Translations under genes and position numbers: made by a program | Part shown: positions 39,960 through 49,808 of the stretch, piece by piece | Position numbering within the stretch: position 1 is the stretch's first letter | Layout of the letters: each line of letters starts with the position of its first letter | Notes under the pieces: generated by a model | Database searches by the model: none | What the model saw: only the letters and a program-made list of their open reading frames with translations | What the model was told of the DNA's origin: nothing | Assembly (NCBI GenBank): GCA_002439085.1 | Contig: DJSW01000015.1 | Span: 25,393-89,392, forward strand | Direction: 5' to 3' | Origin: Alphaproteobacteria bacterium UBA6324 | Lineage (GTDB): Bacteria > Pseudomonadota > Alphaproteobacteria > CAAGCB01 > CAG-977 | Length of the DNA: 64,000 nucleotides

Positions 39960-40523
39960 ATGAAAGGCAGGACAATGTTAATCAGCAAATCGGATTCATG
40001 TCTTTTGATCATTGATGTTCAGGAACGTCTGGCACCGGCCGCGAACGAACCGCGCCGCGTCATTGACGGATGTTCCCGCCTGTTGAAAGGCGCGGGCGTT
40101 TTGGGCGTTCCCGTCATCATCACCGAACAGTACCCCAAAGGGTTGGGGGCGTCGATTTTCGACATCCGCGACGCCGCGCCCGAAAACGCCTTTTATTTCC
40201 CGAAAACCAGCTTGTCCGCCGTCGGACAGGACGGATTTACGCAGCATTTCGACGCCCTGAATAAAAAACAGGTCGTCATCGCCGGCGTCGAAGAACACAT
40301 CTGCGTCCTGCAAACCGCCGTCGAATTAAAGGAACGCGGATGCGACGTGTTCGTCGTCACGGACGCTTCGGGCAGCCGGACGGTCGAAAACGAACAAGCC
40401 GCGCAGGAACGGTTCAAACAGGAAGGCATCACCCTCGTCACCGTCGAAATGGTTTTGTTTGAATGGTTGCGCAAGGCCGGAACGCCCGAATTCAAAGACA
40501 TTCAAAACCGTTTGATCAAATAG
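39960..40523 (+). CDS. isochorismatase-family cysteine hydrolase
   Basis: 187 aa; an alternative ATG at 39975 is possible. Motifs CLLIIDVQERL and VVIAGVEEHICVLQTAVEL (catalytic Cys context). Confidence 0.8.
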   Translation: MKGRTMLISKSDSCLLIIDVQERLAPAANEPRRVIDGCSRLLKGAGVLGVPVIITEQYPKGLGASIFDIRDAAPENAFYFPKTSLSAVGQDGFTQHFDALNKKQVVIAGVEEHICVLQTAVELKERGCDVFVVTDASGSRTVENEQAAQERFKQEGITLVTVEMVLFEWLRKAGTPEFKDIQNRLIK

Positions 40524-40534
40524 GGAACATCGCC

Positions 40535-41245
40535 ATGAAAACGCCCGTCGTCCTTTTGCCCGCCCTGCTGTGCAACGCGGGGCTGTTCATCCACCAGATC
40601 AAGGCGCTGGAAAGTGAAGCCGACTTTTTCGTCCCCGATTTGGGGTTGGACACGACCGTTTCGGCGACGGCGCGGCGCATTTTGAATCAAATCAAGGGCG
40701 ATTTCGTTCTGGGCGGCATTTCCATGGGCGGCTATGTCGCTTTCGAGATATTGCGCCAAGCCCCCGAACGGGTCAAAGGGCTGATTTTAATGGACACGAA
40801 CGCGCACGCCGATCCCGAACCCGCGCGCCAAAAACGGGCGGAAATGGTCGAAACCGCGCGAACCGGCGGAATCGAATCCGTCATTGAACCGTCGCTGTTC
40901 AACGTCGTCGCCCCGCAACACCGCGGCAACGACCTGATCCGTCACGTTTTGGAACATATGGCGCGCGCGACCGGCGTCGAAAAGTACGCCAACGAACAGC
41001 GCGTCATCTCGACCCGTCCGGATTCCTCTGAATTGCTGGGAAAGATCGCCTGCCCGACGCTGGTTCTGGGCGGTGAAAACGACGTTCTGTCCCCGCCGGA
41101 ATCCATGGACACGATCACCGCGCGCATCCCGACCGCGATCCACGCCGTCATCAAAAACAGCGGCCACCTGCCGCCGTTGGAAAATCCGGCCGCGACGAAC
41201 GCCGCCCTGCGCGTTTTCCTGAACCGCGCGCGCATAAAAAAGTGA
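40535..41245 (+). CDS. alpha/beta-fold hydrolase
   Basis: The ATG at 40535 lies inside track ORF 40463..41245. Motifs VVLLPALLCN, nucleophile elbow GISMGG, and a C-terminal IKNSGHLPPLENP. Confidence 0.75.
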   Translation: MKTPVVLLPALLCNAGLFIHQIKALESEADFFVPDLGLDTTVSATARRILNQIKGDFVLGGISMGGYVAFEILRQAPERVKGLILMDTNAHADPEPARQKRAEMVETARTGGIESVIEPSLFNVVAPQHRGNDLIRHVLEHMARATGVEKYANEQRVISTRPDSSELLGKIACPTLVLGGENDVLSPPESMDTITARIPTAIHAVIKNSGHLPPLENPAATNAALRVFLNRARIKK

Positions 41246-41313
41246 CGCGTTAGCGTTTTGTGAACCTTTGCCCTTTAGAATCAACGGCGTATCGCTTTTG
41301 AAAGAGGCCGTTC

Positions 41314-41748
41314 ATGCGCAAACTTTTGTTTTTCATCGCCTGTCTGGGACTGGCCGCGCCCTCCGGCGCCGCGGCGCAATCCAACGATATCGAGGAAATC
41401 GGCAATCTGGCCGGCGCCGTCATGGCGTGCGGGGCGTACAAACCGCTTTACCAGTTCGAGGAAATCCTCAGCCGGTATTTCAGCAACACGTCGCCGAACC
41501 AAGCGGCGGAGGAAACGTTGATCCGCCGTTACTCCGCGGCCAAAGTATCCACTTTCGCGCTTCAGAGCAAACGCAACAAAGCGGATTGCCCGCAAACGGT
41601 TTCCGATTTCACCCGCATGGAAATTTTTAAATTCGAACTGTATTCCGACGGTTCGCTGAAAACACCCGAAGGCAAATTCCTGTTCCCGCGGGGACAGAAA
41701 AAACTGGCCGCCGACGCCGTCAGACTCTATCCGCGCAAGAAACGCTGA
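41314..41748 (+). CDS. secreted hypothetical protein (144 aa)
   Basis: AAAGAGG SD. Signal peptide MRKLLFFIACLGLAAPSGAAAQ. No recognisable domain. Confidence 0.6.
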   Translation: MRKLLFFIACLGLAAPSGAAAQSNDIEEIGNLAGAVMACGAYKPLYQFEEILSRYFSNTSPNQAAEETLIRRYSAAKVSTFALQSKRNKADCPQTVSDFTRMEIFKFELYSDGSLKTPEGKFLFPRGQKKLAADAVRLYPRKKR

Positions 41749-42762
41749 TCACTCGTTTTTCGGAATATTGACCAGATCCGCGCTTTGCAACAGATCCAGC
41801 GGCGGATACACGCCCGTTTTGCGCGCCGCCGTCATATTCACGACCACCAGCGGCCGCTGCGGCGTTTCGATCGGAATGCCATAGGCCTGCACATGATCGC
41901 GCAATATTTTCAACGCCTTGCGCCCCGCCAAACGGCCGACGTTGTAATATCTGTGAACCAAAGCGAACAGCGCGCCGTCGTGCCGCACCGCGCCTTCGGA
42001 CGCCGAAAAAACGGGGATCGAAAACGTCGCCGCCGCGTCGATCAACGCTTTGCGGTTGGCGTTCATGAACGCATCCGGCCCCAGATAAATCAGATCAACC
42101 TTGGCGTCCGCCATTTCGGCGACCAGCCCGTCGATCGCCGACGCGTCCGGTTTGCCGTCGGCGTCCGCCGGAACGGGACGGTCAACCAGATCGAACCGCA
42201 TCAGCGCGGCGTACCGTTTCAGCTGATCAACCGCGACCTGCGCGTTCGTTTCGGCCGGATTATAAACAACGCCCAGCCGTTTGAACCCCGTCACCCGTCG
42301 GGCGTATTGCAGCTGGTCGGACATCGCGGCCAGATGCGTCACGCCGGTGATGTTGCGCCCCTGCGCCGCTGGCGAAGACACCAACCCGCTTTCGACCGGC
42401 TGGGACACCACCATGAACACCGCGGGAACGGCGCCGTATTTTGCAACGGGACCGTTGTTTTTCGTCCCCAGCATTTCCAAAGTCGCCAGTGTCCCCCACG
42501 TCACCAGCAAATCGGGCGACGTTTCGGCCACTTCGGCGATCAAGGCGGGGATTTTGTCCGTTTTCCGGTTCAAATCGCGCCGGACGATTTCCACATTGGC
42601 GCGCGCGGATTTCAAATAATCCTGAAAACCGCGGCAGGCGTCTTCGCACCCGTCCCACAGCACCATATACACTTTGGCCGGCGCGGCGGCGCAAACGGCC
42701 GGCGACAGAAAAAACATCAGGAAAAGCAGATTAAAAAGCCGTTTCACGCGCGAACCTTTCAT
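41749..42762 (-). CDS. periplasmic substrate-binding protein (ABC_sub_bind-like)
   Basis: 337 aa with a signal peptide (LFNLLFLMFFLSPAVCAAAP). Alternating beta-alpha periplasmic-binding fold pattern (KVYMVLWDG.., RLGVVYNPAE.N, DLIYLGPDAF). Confidence 0.65.
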   Translation of the reverse strand: MKGSRVKRLFNLLFLMFFLSPAVCAAAPAKVYMVLWDGCEDACRGFQDYLKSARANVEIVRRDLNRKTDKIPALIAEVAETSPDLLVTWGTLATLEMLGTKNNGPVAKYGAVPAVFMVVSQPVESGLVSSPAAQGRNITGVTHLAAMSDQLQYARRVTGFKRLGVVYNPAETNAQVAVDQLKRYAALMRFDLVDRPVPADADGKPDASAIDGLVAEMADAKVDLIYLGPDAFMNANRKALIDAAATFSIPVFSASEGAVRHDGALFALVHRYYNVGRLAGRKALKILRDHVQAYGIPIETPQRPLVVVNMTAARKTGVYPPLDLLQSADLVNIPKNE

Positions 42763-43795
42763 TCACCCCGATTTGCACCCATCCGGCCGCCCCGTCCGCG
42801 TCGTTGACGGATTCCGCGGCGTTATAATATCCGTCGCGCAAAGAAATCCTGCCCGTGCGGCGGTCGGCGTCGAACGCTTTGGCGGCTTCGCCCGATTCGT
42901 ACAGGACACGGCCGTTTTTGTCCGTTACCAAAATGAATTCGATTTCCTTGTTTTGTTCGCGCACGGCGTTCAACACGCTTTCCAAACCGTTGACCGATTG
43001 GAACGGCACGCCGTTTTTCACCGCGCATTCGATTTGCGCGCGGACGTTTTTGGCGACAATGCCCGCTTTGGCGGCGATCATCGGCCGCAAATCGTTTTCA
43101 AACGATCCGGACAAGGCGGTCACGCCGATTTTCACGCAAAAGGCTAAAATCAGCACGCCAACGACAACCGCCGACGCCCGCGCCGCCCCGCTGTTCAAGG
43201 CAAACCGGCCTTTCAAATCGCCGGACAGGAAAATCAAAATCCACGCCAACACGCCGGCGACGGCCATCCGGACGGAAAACCGCAGCGTCGTCGAAATCAT
43301 CTTTTCCCGCATTTGCTCGGTCTGCGCCGTTTTGTATTCGGCGGCCAAGCATCCCTCACGTTCGGAAAATGCGTTGATCAAAGGCAGGCCGACCGTTTCC
43401 TTTCCCTCGTCGGGATCGACGAAAGGCAATCGGGAACCGGCGCATTTTTCAACCCACTTTTCCGGCACGGCGGAACCCGTTTGCGCCGCGGCCGTCCCGT
43501 ACAGGATGCGCCCCGTTCGCGCGTCGAACACAAAGGCGGACAAAACGTCCGCGTCCTGTGCCGCGAATTCGATCAGCATCCGTTCAACCTTTTCGATTTC
43601 GGGCAAAGCCGCGCCCTTGTCCATTTCGACCTGTATCCGGTCGCGCAGCCGCGTCATCGCGATTTGCGTTCCGGCGTCGCGCAAGGCGTTTCCCGCGGAT
43701 TCGTATTTTACGAACTGCGATCCGGCGAAAGCGAACACCGCCGCGCACCACAAAAGCGAAGCCAAAAGGGCGTGGGTTAAATGCTGACTGCGCAT
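42731..43795 (-). CDS. membrane protein with sensor-like periplasmic and cytoplasmic modules but no output domain
   Basis: Track ORF 42731..43831 starts at a TTG; the ATG at 43795 gives MRSQHLTHALLASLLWCAAVFAFAG. There is a second TM cluster (MAVAGVLAWILIFL..AVVVGVLILAFCV). The C-terminus (EFILVTDKNGRVLYESG) is PAS/Cache-like by eye only. It overlaps the downstream SBP gene by 32 nt. Confidence 0.5.
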   Translation of the reverse strand: MRSQHLTHALLASLLWCAAVFAFAGSQFVKYESAGNALRDAGTQIAMTRLRDRIQVEMDKGAALPEIEKVERMLIEFAAQDADVLSAFVFDARTGRILYGTAAAQTGSAVPEKWVEKCAGSRLPFVDPDEGKETVGLPLINAFSEREGCLAAEYKTAQTEQMREKMISTTLRFSVRMAVAGVLAWILIFLSGDLKGRFALNSGAARASAVVVGVLILAFCVKIGVTALSGSFENDLRPMIAAKAGIVAKNVRAQIECAVKNGVPFQSVNGLESVLNAVREQNKEIEFILVTDKNGRVLYESGEAAKAFDADRRTGRISLRDGYYNAAESVNDADGAAGWVQIGVNERFARETAF

Positions 43796-43865
43796 GAATC
43801 CGTTTTTCCCGATAAACACATAACGGGTCAACTATACGCGCGCATTGTAAAAAAAGCGTGAACGC

Positions 43866-45689
43866 CTATTGCGGATACAGCGGCGGAACGGGCTGTTTTT
43901 CATTGTTTTTTCCCGTTTTCGCCGCCGATTGTGCCGATTGGAAAACCGTCCAAAGCGCGTTGCCGTCCCATTTTGCGGCAACGCCGCCGTACAGCGCGCC
44001 GTTCAGCTTTTCCACCTGATCCGTCAACGCCGTGTCATTGAAACGGGCGGCCAAAGCGGACAAGGTCAAGGGCGGCTTTTCCGGCCACAGGGATTGACCG
44101 ACGGCCAGCAGGGCGGCTTTCGCCCGTTCGGGATCGCCCGAACGGCAGGCGGATTTCAAATCGCCGACAACCGCCCGCAACGACGCGTTTTGACACGTTT
44201 TTTCCTCCGCTTTTCCGCGGTTTTTGAAAAACAGGTAATGCGCCGCCAACCCTAACGCCGTCACGACAAAGCATCCCGCCAATATTCCGGCCAGAAACAG
44301 CCGCAAAGGCGATTGAGCGGCGATTTTTGCCAAAGCCGCCGACATTTTCGTCGCCGCCGCGGGGGCTGACGCCGCCGGAACGGTAACGGATTCCGCTTTT
44401 TTCTCAATCGGCGACGGCAAAGTTTGCGCCGTGTTTTCCGCCCGAACCGGCGCGGAAACGGCCGATCCCGTCACTGCGCCGGTCACGGTGAGAGTGCGCG
44501 CGGGCAAAACGGCTTTGCGCGTTTGCCCCGACGCGACATCGAACCACGGGATTTCCAAAGCGGGCAGAACGACCTGCCCCGCGCTGGTCGGCATAAAGAC
44601 AATCTGACGCGTTTTCACGCCGACGATGCCGTCGTTGTCAAACACGTTTTTGGAATCCGCCTTTCCGGGATACTGTCTGTACGCGTCCCCGTCGGGAAAA
44701 ACGACATCCGGAATTTGCGTATCCAGCACCCCCGCTGCCGAAACGGTCACGGTGCGGGTCAGCGCGTCGCCCAAAGCGACCGATTTTCCCGCCGGTTCGA
44801 CGGTTTCGGACACGACGACATTCGTCGCGGGCAACCACGCGCCGACAACGTAATCCGGTTTTTCACGCACGTTTAATTCCAAACCGGCGGTCTGCACGGC
44901 GACGACCTTTTGCGCGCCGAAACCCGCCGTGAAAAATCCGCCGAAACCGAACGGATCATCGTCCATGTTCGCGTCACGGGCGTCCGGATCGCTGATCATC
45001 CCCTGAAAACGGAACGGGGGTAGCGCAACGTGGCCGGTTTTGTTTGAAAACAGCAGATATTTGTATTCCAACACATCGTACAGCCGCCCGTTCACCGTTT
45101 CGCGCGACCGTTTCGCATCCCCCCATTGTTCGGCGACGACGCCGTCGGCGCGCGGCGCCGTAACCGCTCCGTCCAACAGCGACGTTTGCACGAACGAATA
45201 CAGCTTGACCGTCAAGGCAACCTGCTGGCCGACATAAGGGGTCTTGTCCGCGATTTCGGAACGGATGAAAACGTTCGATTGCCGCGCCGCGTCCGCTTTT
45301 TCACCCGACGGCGCGGAAACGGCCGTTCCGCCCGCGACGACCGTCAGTTTCAGCGGTTTTGTCTGTTCCCTGCCCGCGCGAATGGACGGCAAAACGACCT
45401 CGCCCGTTTTTTTGGGGATCAAGGTCAGGACGTTTTCGTTGAACGTCTGCGATCTGCCGTTGACATAGCTGGATTTGTAGCTTTTGCGCTGCATGACGAT
45501 CGTGAAGTCGGCGTTCAAAACGGACACGTCGGGATCGTCCCCGCCGCCGTCCTGACGCAGGTAAAGCTGAAAACTTTCGCCCTCCGGAATTGTGGTGGCA
45601 CTGACATTCGCCTGAAAATCCGCCGCAGCCGGACGGATTGAAAACGCGGCCGCCCACAACATCGCCGCCATGATTGTTTTTTTCATCAT
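43866..45689 (-). CDS. batD: BatD-like (oxygen-tolerance family) membrane protein
   Basis: The likely start is the ATGATG at 45689, overlapping the upstream stop (ATGA). Signal peptide MMKKTIMAAMLWAAAFSIRPAAA. Repeated beta-rich modules are followed by a C-terminal TM (LFLAGILAGCFVVTALGLAAHYLF). Confidence 0.7.
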   Translation of the reverse strand: MMKKTIMAAMLWAAAFSIRPAAADFQANVSATTIPEGESFQLYLRQDGGGDDPDVSVLNADFTIVMQRKSYKSSYVNGRSQTFNENVLTLIPKKTGEVVLPSIRAGREQTKPLKLTVVAGGTAVSAPSGEKADAARQSNVFIRSEIADKTPYVGQQVALTVKLYSFVQTSLLDGAVTAPRADGVVAEQWGDAKRSRETVNGRLYDVLEYKYLLFSNKTGHVALPPFRFQGMISDPDARDANMDDDPFGFGGFFTAGFGAQKVVAVQTAGLELNVREKPDYVVGAWLPATNVVVSETVEPAGKSVALGDALTRTVTVSAAGVLDTQIPDVVFPDGDAYRQYPGKADSKNVFDNDGIVGVKTRQIVFMPTSAGQVVLPALEIPWFDVASGQTRKAVLPARTLTVTGAVTGSAVSAPVRAENTAQTLPSPIEKKAESVTVPAASAPAAATKMSAALAKIAAQSPLRLFLAGILAGCFVVTALGLAAHYLFFKNRGKAEEKTCQNASLRAVVGDLKSACRSGDPERAKAALLAVGQSLWPEKPPLTLSALAARFNDTALTDQVEKLNGALYGGVAAKWDGNALWTVFQSAQSAAKTGKNNEKQPVPPLYPQ

Positions 45690-47521
45690 CTTACGCCTCC
45701 GTTCATCAGATTGCGCCGCCTGATCCTTTCGCGCAACAGTCCCGACGGGTCGTCCTGAATGACGCTGAGCCACTGCATTTGTTCGCGTTTTTCGCGGTCA
45801 TCCGCATCGGATTTTTTCCCAGACGGCGCGGATTGCCCGTTTTCGCGTTTCTGTTCGTCCCCGTTTTGCGGCCGGACACCGGCGGATTGCAGTTGATTTT
45901 CCTGTTGCCCCCTATCCTCCGCGGGGTCGGGTTGACGCGCCTTGTTTTCCTGTTGTCCGTCCCGCCCCTGTTGCGCCTGTTTCTGTCCTTGCTCTTTTTG
46001 CCCCCGTTCGGCGGATTGAGGTTCGGACTGCCGCTGATTTTGGTTTTGCGGTTGATTTTGTCCCTGTTGCCCCTGCCCGCCGTTCTGCGGTTGGTTTTGC
46101 GGTTGGTTTTGCCGTTGTTCCTGATTTTGCTGTTGTTGTTGATTCTGTTGATTCTGCTGTTGATTGTTTTTCAGCCTGTCTTCCAAATATTTCTTATTAA
46201 AAGCGGCGTCCGCGTGATTCGGATCTTCCTCCAAAACCTGTTTATAAGCTTCGATCGCCTGTTGATACTGTCCCGCGCGCGCCAACGCGTTGCCCAGATT
46301 GTACCGCGTTTCGGCATCGTCCGGATCGCCCAACACCGCGGCGGCCGACCGGAAATCGCCGGATTTGTACAGCGCGACGCCCCGCCAGCCGCGATCGGAA
46401 AACACGTTCGCGTCAGCCGGTTTTTCACCCGCCGCGATGCGCAAAGCCTCTTTGCGATCACTGCGCGTCCACAAATCGGAAACGTCCGCCCGCGCCTGAA
46501 CCGGCGTCAAAGCCAGCAGCAGGACGCCCAGCCATCCCTTGCGGTATCCCAGCGCGGCGAACGGCAGGATCAGCCAGCACAAAACCGCACCGAAATCGCG
46601 CCACGCGTCCGCCTTCACATCCGTGTTTGAACCGGCGGAAACCCCGCCCGCATCCGCCGCGACACCCGCGATCGCATCCACATCGGCGTCGTCCAATCCG
46701 GCCGCGCGATAAACGCCGCCGCCGGAAACGGCGATTTTTTCCAAATTATCCGCCGTCAACGCCGACAAAACGGGCTTTCCGCCGGATTTCAAAAACGTCC
46801 CGTCCGGCATTTGCAGCGGCGCGCCGTGTCCCATCCCAACCCCCGAAACGGACACGGGAAAGCCGTCGGATTTCAGCTTTTCCGCCGCTTTTCGCGCGGC
46901 CGCCAGATTCCCGCCGGAAACGTGCGCCCCGATCATCACAACACGGCCGCGCGTCGATCCGGCCTGTTTCAACAACGCCCGCGCCTGATCCAGCGCTTTC
47001 GCCGCATCCGGCATCCGGCCGCCCATCATGCCCGCCTGAACGCTGGGCAGCATTTGGTCGATGACTTTGGCGTCCTGCGTCAACGGAACGGCGACGAACG
47101 GTTCGTTGTCGTACAGCACCAGCGCGTTCTGCCCGTCCTTTGTCTTTTGCAAAAAATCGTGCAGTTTGAAACGCGCGCGATCCATGCGCGACGGTTTGAC
47201 ATCCGACGGCGTCATAAAAACGGAAATGTCCAGCAGGTAAACAGTGTCAACGCCCTTTTTCACCGCGGGTTGCGGCAACCGTTCCCACGCGGGCCCCGCC
47301 AGCGAAAGCACCGCCAGAACCCAGCACACGCCCGCCAAAACAACCGGAACGAACGTCTTTGCCCCCGTTCCGGCGACCAGCTGCGGCCGCAACAAAATCC
47401 GGTCGCAAAAATCGCGCCACAACCCGCCGTTCGACCGGCCTTTTCCGGCCAGAAACGGCAGTAAAAGCAACACGGTCAATCCCCACAGCCATTCGGGGCG
47501 CAAAAAATGAAATTCCGTCAT
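45686..47521 (-). CDS. batB: VWA-domain plus TPR protein (BatB/BatC-like fusion) with a Q/N-rich tail
   Basis: N-terminal FHFLRPEWLWGLTVLLLLPFL. VWA MIDAS (LLDISVFMTPSD). TPR (YNLGNALARAGQYQQAIEAYKQVLEEDPNHADAAFN). A long QNQ-repeat tract follows. The start overlaps the batA stop (ATGA). Confidence 0.8.
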   Translation of the reverse strand: MTEFHFLRPEWLWGLTVLLLLPFLAGKGRSNGGLWRDFCDRILLRPQLVAGTGAKTFVPVVLAGVCWVLAVLSLAGPAWERLPQPAVKKGVDTVYLLDISVFMTPSDVKPSRMDRARFKLHDFLQKTKDGQNALVLYDNEPFVAVPLTQDAKVIDQMLPSVQAGMMGGRMPDAAKALDQARALLKQAGSTRGRVVMIGAHVSGGNLAAARKAAEKLKSDGFPVSVSGVGMGHGAPLQMPDGTFLKSGGKPVLSALTADNLEKIAVSGGGVYRAAGLDDADVDAIAGVAADAGGVSAGSNTDVKADAWRDFGAVLCWLILPFAALGYRKGWLGVLLLALTPVQARADVSDLWTRSDRKEALRIAAGEKPADANVFSDRGWRGVALYKSGDFRSAAAVLGDPDDAETRYNLGNALARAGQYQQAIEAYKQVLEEDPNHADAAFNKKYLEDRLKNNQQQNQQNQQQQQNQEQRQNQPQNQPQNGGQGQQGQNQPQNQNQRQSEPQSAERGQKEQGQKQAQQGRDGQQENKARQPDPAEDRGQQENQLQSAGVRPQNGDEQKRENGQSAPSGKKSDADDREKREQMQWLSVIQDDPSGLLRERIRRRNLMNGGVR

Positions 47522-48513
47522 ACCCGCCTCCCGATCAGCAGGGATAAAGCCCCCAGCGCGCTAAGAGCGAACGCGGCCGCCAGCGGATAGTAAAACAACG
47601 CTTTCACGGGGCGGACGAAAACGGCGTCGTTTTCCACGGGTTCCAGCGCGTCGATCGCCCCGTAAATGCGCGCCAACTCCGCCGTGTCTTTGGCGCGGAA
47701 ATACCGGCCGCCCGTTTTTTGCGCGATTTCACGCAAGGCCGCTTCGTCGATTTCGTCGCCGCGCGGAATTTGCATCATGCCGAACAATCCCGACAGCCGC
47801 ATCGAATCCGACCCCGCGCCGACCGTATAGACTTTCACCCCCGCTTTCGCCGCCAATTCCGCGGCTTCGGACGGTTTCATCGCCCCCGCGTTCGCGACGC
47901 CGTCCGACAGCAAAACGACGACCTTGCTTTTGGCCGGAACGTCCGCCATCGTTTTTAACGCCAGCCCCAGCGCGTCGCCGATCGCCGTTTGCGATCCGGC
48001 CATGCCGACGTCCGCTTCGTCCAGCAAAGCGGACACCGTTTTCAAATCATACGTCAGCGGAACATACACATACGCCCGTTCGCCGAACAAAACGACGCCG
48101 ACGCGGTCGCCCGCGCGTTTTTTGACAAAAGCGTCCGCCACCGCGCGCACCGCGTCCCACCGGCGCACGTTTTGATTTTGCAAAACGAAATCCGTTTCCC
48201 GCATCGACCCCGAAATATCCAGAACCAGCATCAGGTTGCGCCCCTGCGACGGGACTTTGGCCGGTTCGCCCGTCCAACGCGGATTCGCCGCCGCCGTCAC
48301 CAGCGCGATCCAAATCAGCGCGCCCAGAAACCGCCGCCATTTCAACCCGCCGGCAAACGGCCGGACGCCCGCGGCGCGCAAATCGCGCACATCGTCGAAA
48401 AAGGGGATTTTCAGCGCATCGCCGCCGTTGTCGTTCACCCGCGGCAAAACGGCGCGCACGATGAACGGCAACACCAGTAGCAAAAACATTTGAGGATACG
48501 CAAAACCGGTCAT
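47518..48513 (-). CDS. batA: VWA-domain protein BatA-like
   Basis: The ATG at 48513 overlaps the upstream stop (ATGA); a longer start at 48531 is possible. N-terminus FAYPQMFLLLVLPFIV. MIDAS LVLDISGSM. C-terminal TM. Confidence 0.8.
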   Translation of the reverse strand: MTGFAYPQMFLLLVLPFIVRAVLPRVNDNGGDALKIPFFDDVRDLRAAGVRPFAGGLKWRRFLGALIWIALVTAAANPRWTGEPAKVPSQGRNLMLVLDISGSMRETDFVLQNQNVRRWDAVRAVADAFVKKRAGDRVGVVLFGERAYVYVPLTYDLKTVSALLDEADVGMAGSQTAIGDALGLALKTMADVPAKSKVVVLLSDGVANAGAMKPSEAAELAAKAGVKVYTVGAGSDSMRLSGLFGMMQIPRGDEIDEAALREIAQKTGGRYFRAKDTAELARIYGAIDALEPVENDAVFVRPVKALFYYPLAAAFALSALGALSLLIGRRV

Positions 48514-48995
48514 AGGTTTTTCTCCAACCATTTACGGGCGGAAACCAGAAAATGCCGCCCGCGCCGCAAATCGTTTTCGAAATCAGCCGGAGCAAACGCT
48601 TGATTTTCCAGCAAAAAAACATCTTCCTCGTTCAAACGCGCCCCCGTGTCCCGTAAAAAATCCGTCCAATCCCGCCCGCTTAAACCGGCCGTCCGCGTCC
48701 GCCCGAAACGGTGCAGAGCCGCCCGCCGCAGCAAAACGGACACTTGCGCGGCCAATCCGGAAACGTCGCCCGTGTCGAAAAAGGCGCGCCGCGCGGATTT
48801 CAAACAGTCGAACGCTTCGCGCCGGCGGCGCATCCGCGGGCTGTTGTAAATCAGAACCGCCGCCGAAATAATGCCGGCGACCGCCCAGAAAACGGCCGTC
48901 CACCCCGCCCCCAACGGGAAAAATCCGTCCGGATACGGCGGACGCACCATCGCGATCAACTCTTCCGTTCCGGCCTGCGGCGGCAAATCAATCAT
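48510..48995 (-). CDS. DUF4381-like small membrane protein (first gene of the Bat-like operon)
   Basis: The ATG at 48995 follows an AAAGGAAC SD. PPYPDGFFPLGAGWTAVFWAVAGIISAAVLIY is followed by RRRREAF...LLRRAAL...AGLSGRDWTDFL. Confidence 0.55.
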   Translation of the reverse strand: MIDLPPQAGTEELIAMVRPPYPDGFFPLGAGWTAVFWAVAGIISAAVLIYNSPRMRRRREAFDCLKSARRAFFDTGDVSGLAAQVSVLLRRAALHRFGRTRTAGLSGRDWTDFLRDTGARLNEEDVFLLENQAFAPADFENDLRRGRHFLVSARKWLEKNL

Positions 48996-49190
48996 TCCGT
49001 TTTGTTCCTTTCTTTGATGAAAGTAGGCGATTTGTTTCCGACATTCAAGTTTACAACGCAAACATATTTTTTAATTCGCCTTTGCGGCAGTTTTTTTATG
49101 CCCTGCGGAAAAACAGCCGCCGTATCTTTGCGGCTGGACAAACCGCGATTTTTAGCGCAAGATAGGGCAACGTTTTTTAAGAGGTGTTTC

Positions 49191-49808
49191 ATGTCAAACC
49201 TACCGGAACCTTCCCGCGTCGCAACTGCCGGCGGCCAACAAAGCCGCCAGCGGGACATCCGCAAAATCGACGACGTTCCCGCGCGTTACCGCAACCATCC
49301 GTCCTTTGACGCGCTGATCGACGACCCCGCCCATCACGGCGACCCGAACGGCAAAGTCCTGCGCGAAGCCATGACCGCGATAGAGGCCGAGTTTTCCGGC
49401 GCGGTCAAAGGCCCCGTTTCGCGATCCGATACCCCTTACATCGACTTTTACGACGGCGAAGGCCACCCGTTCGACATCAAAACCCCGCTGTCGCCCGACA
49501 AAGGGGACAAATGGGAATTCGACCCCGTTTCAAACGCGCAAACGATCTTGCACCAGCTGGACATGGATCACCCGAACAAATATACGAAAAAAGCCGAACC
49601 CGTCGCCGTCATGGTGGACACGACCTATATGACGCCCCGCGACCGCGACGCGCTGTGGCACGAATTGCGTAAAAACACCAAGGACGACCGCGCCGTTTTG
49701 AAACGCGTGTTCGAGGTCAACGTCGATCTGGACGGCCGCAAACCCGTCAGGGCGAAACAGCCCCTGACCGCGGCGCAGCTGGCCGTTTTAAGCGGGCGAG
49801 GCCGGTGA
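49191..49808 (+). CDS. hypothetical protein with a possible PD-(D/E)xK nuclease-fold core
   Basis: The ATG at 49191 follows an AAGAGGTG SD, inside track ORF 48711..49808. The helix LREAMTAIEAEF, then ..TPYIDFYD.. and ..HPFDIKTP.., give an E / D / D-x-K arrangement. No signal peptide. Confidence 0.55.
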   Translation: MSNLPEPSRVATAGGQQSRQRDIRKIDDVPARYRNHPSFDALIDDPAHHGDPNGKVLREAMTAIEAEFSGAVKGPVSRSDTPYIDFYDGEGHPFDIKTPLSPDKGDKWEFDPVSNAQTILHQLDMDHPNKYTKKAEPVAVMVDTTYMTPRDRDALWHELRKNTKDDRAVLKRVFEVNVDLDGRKPVRAKQPLTAAQLAVLSGRGR

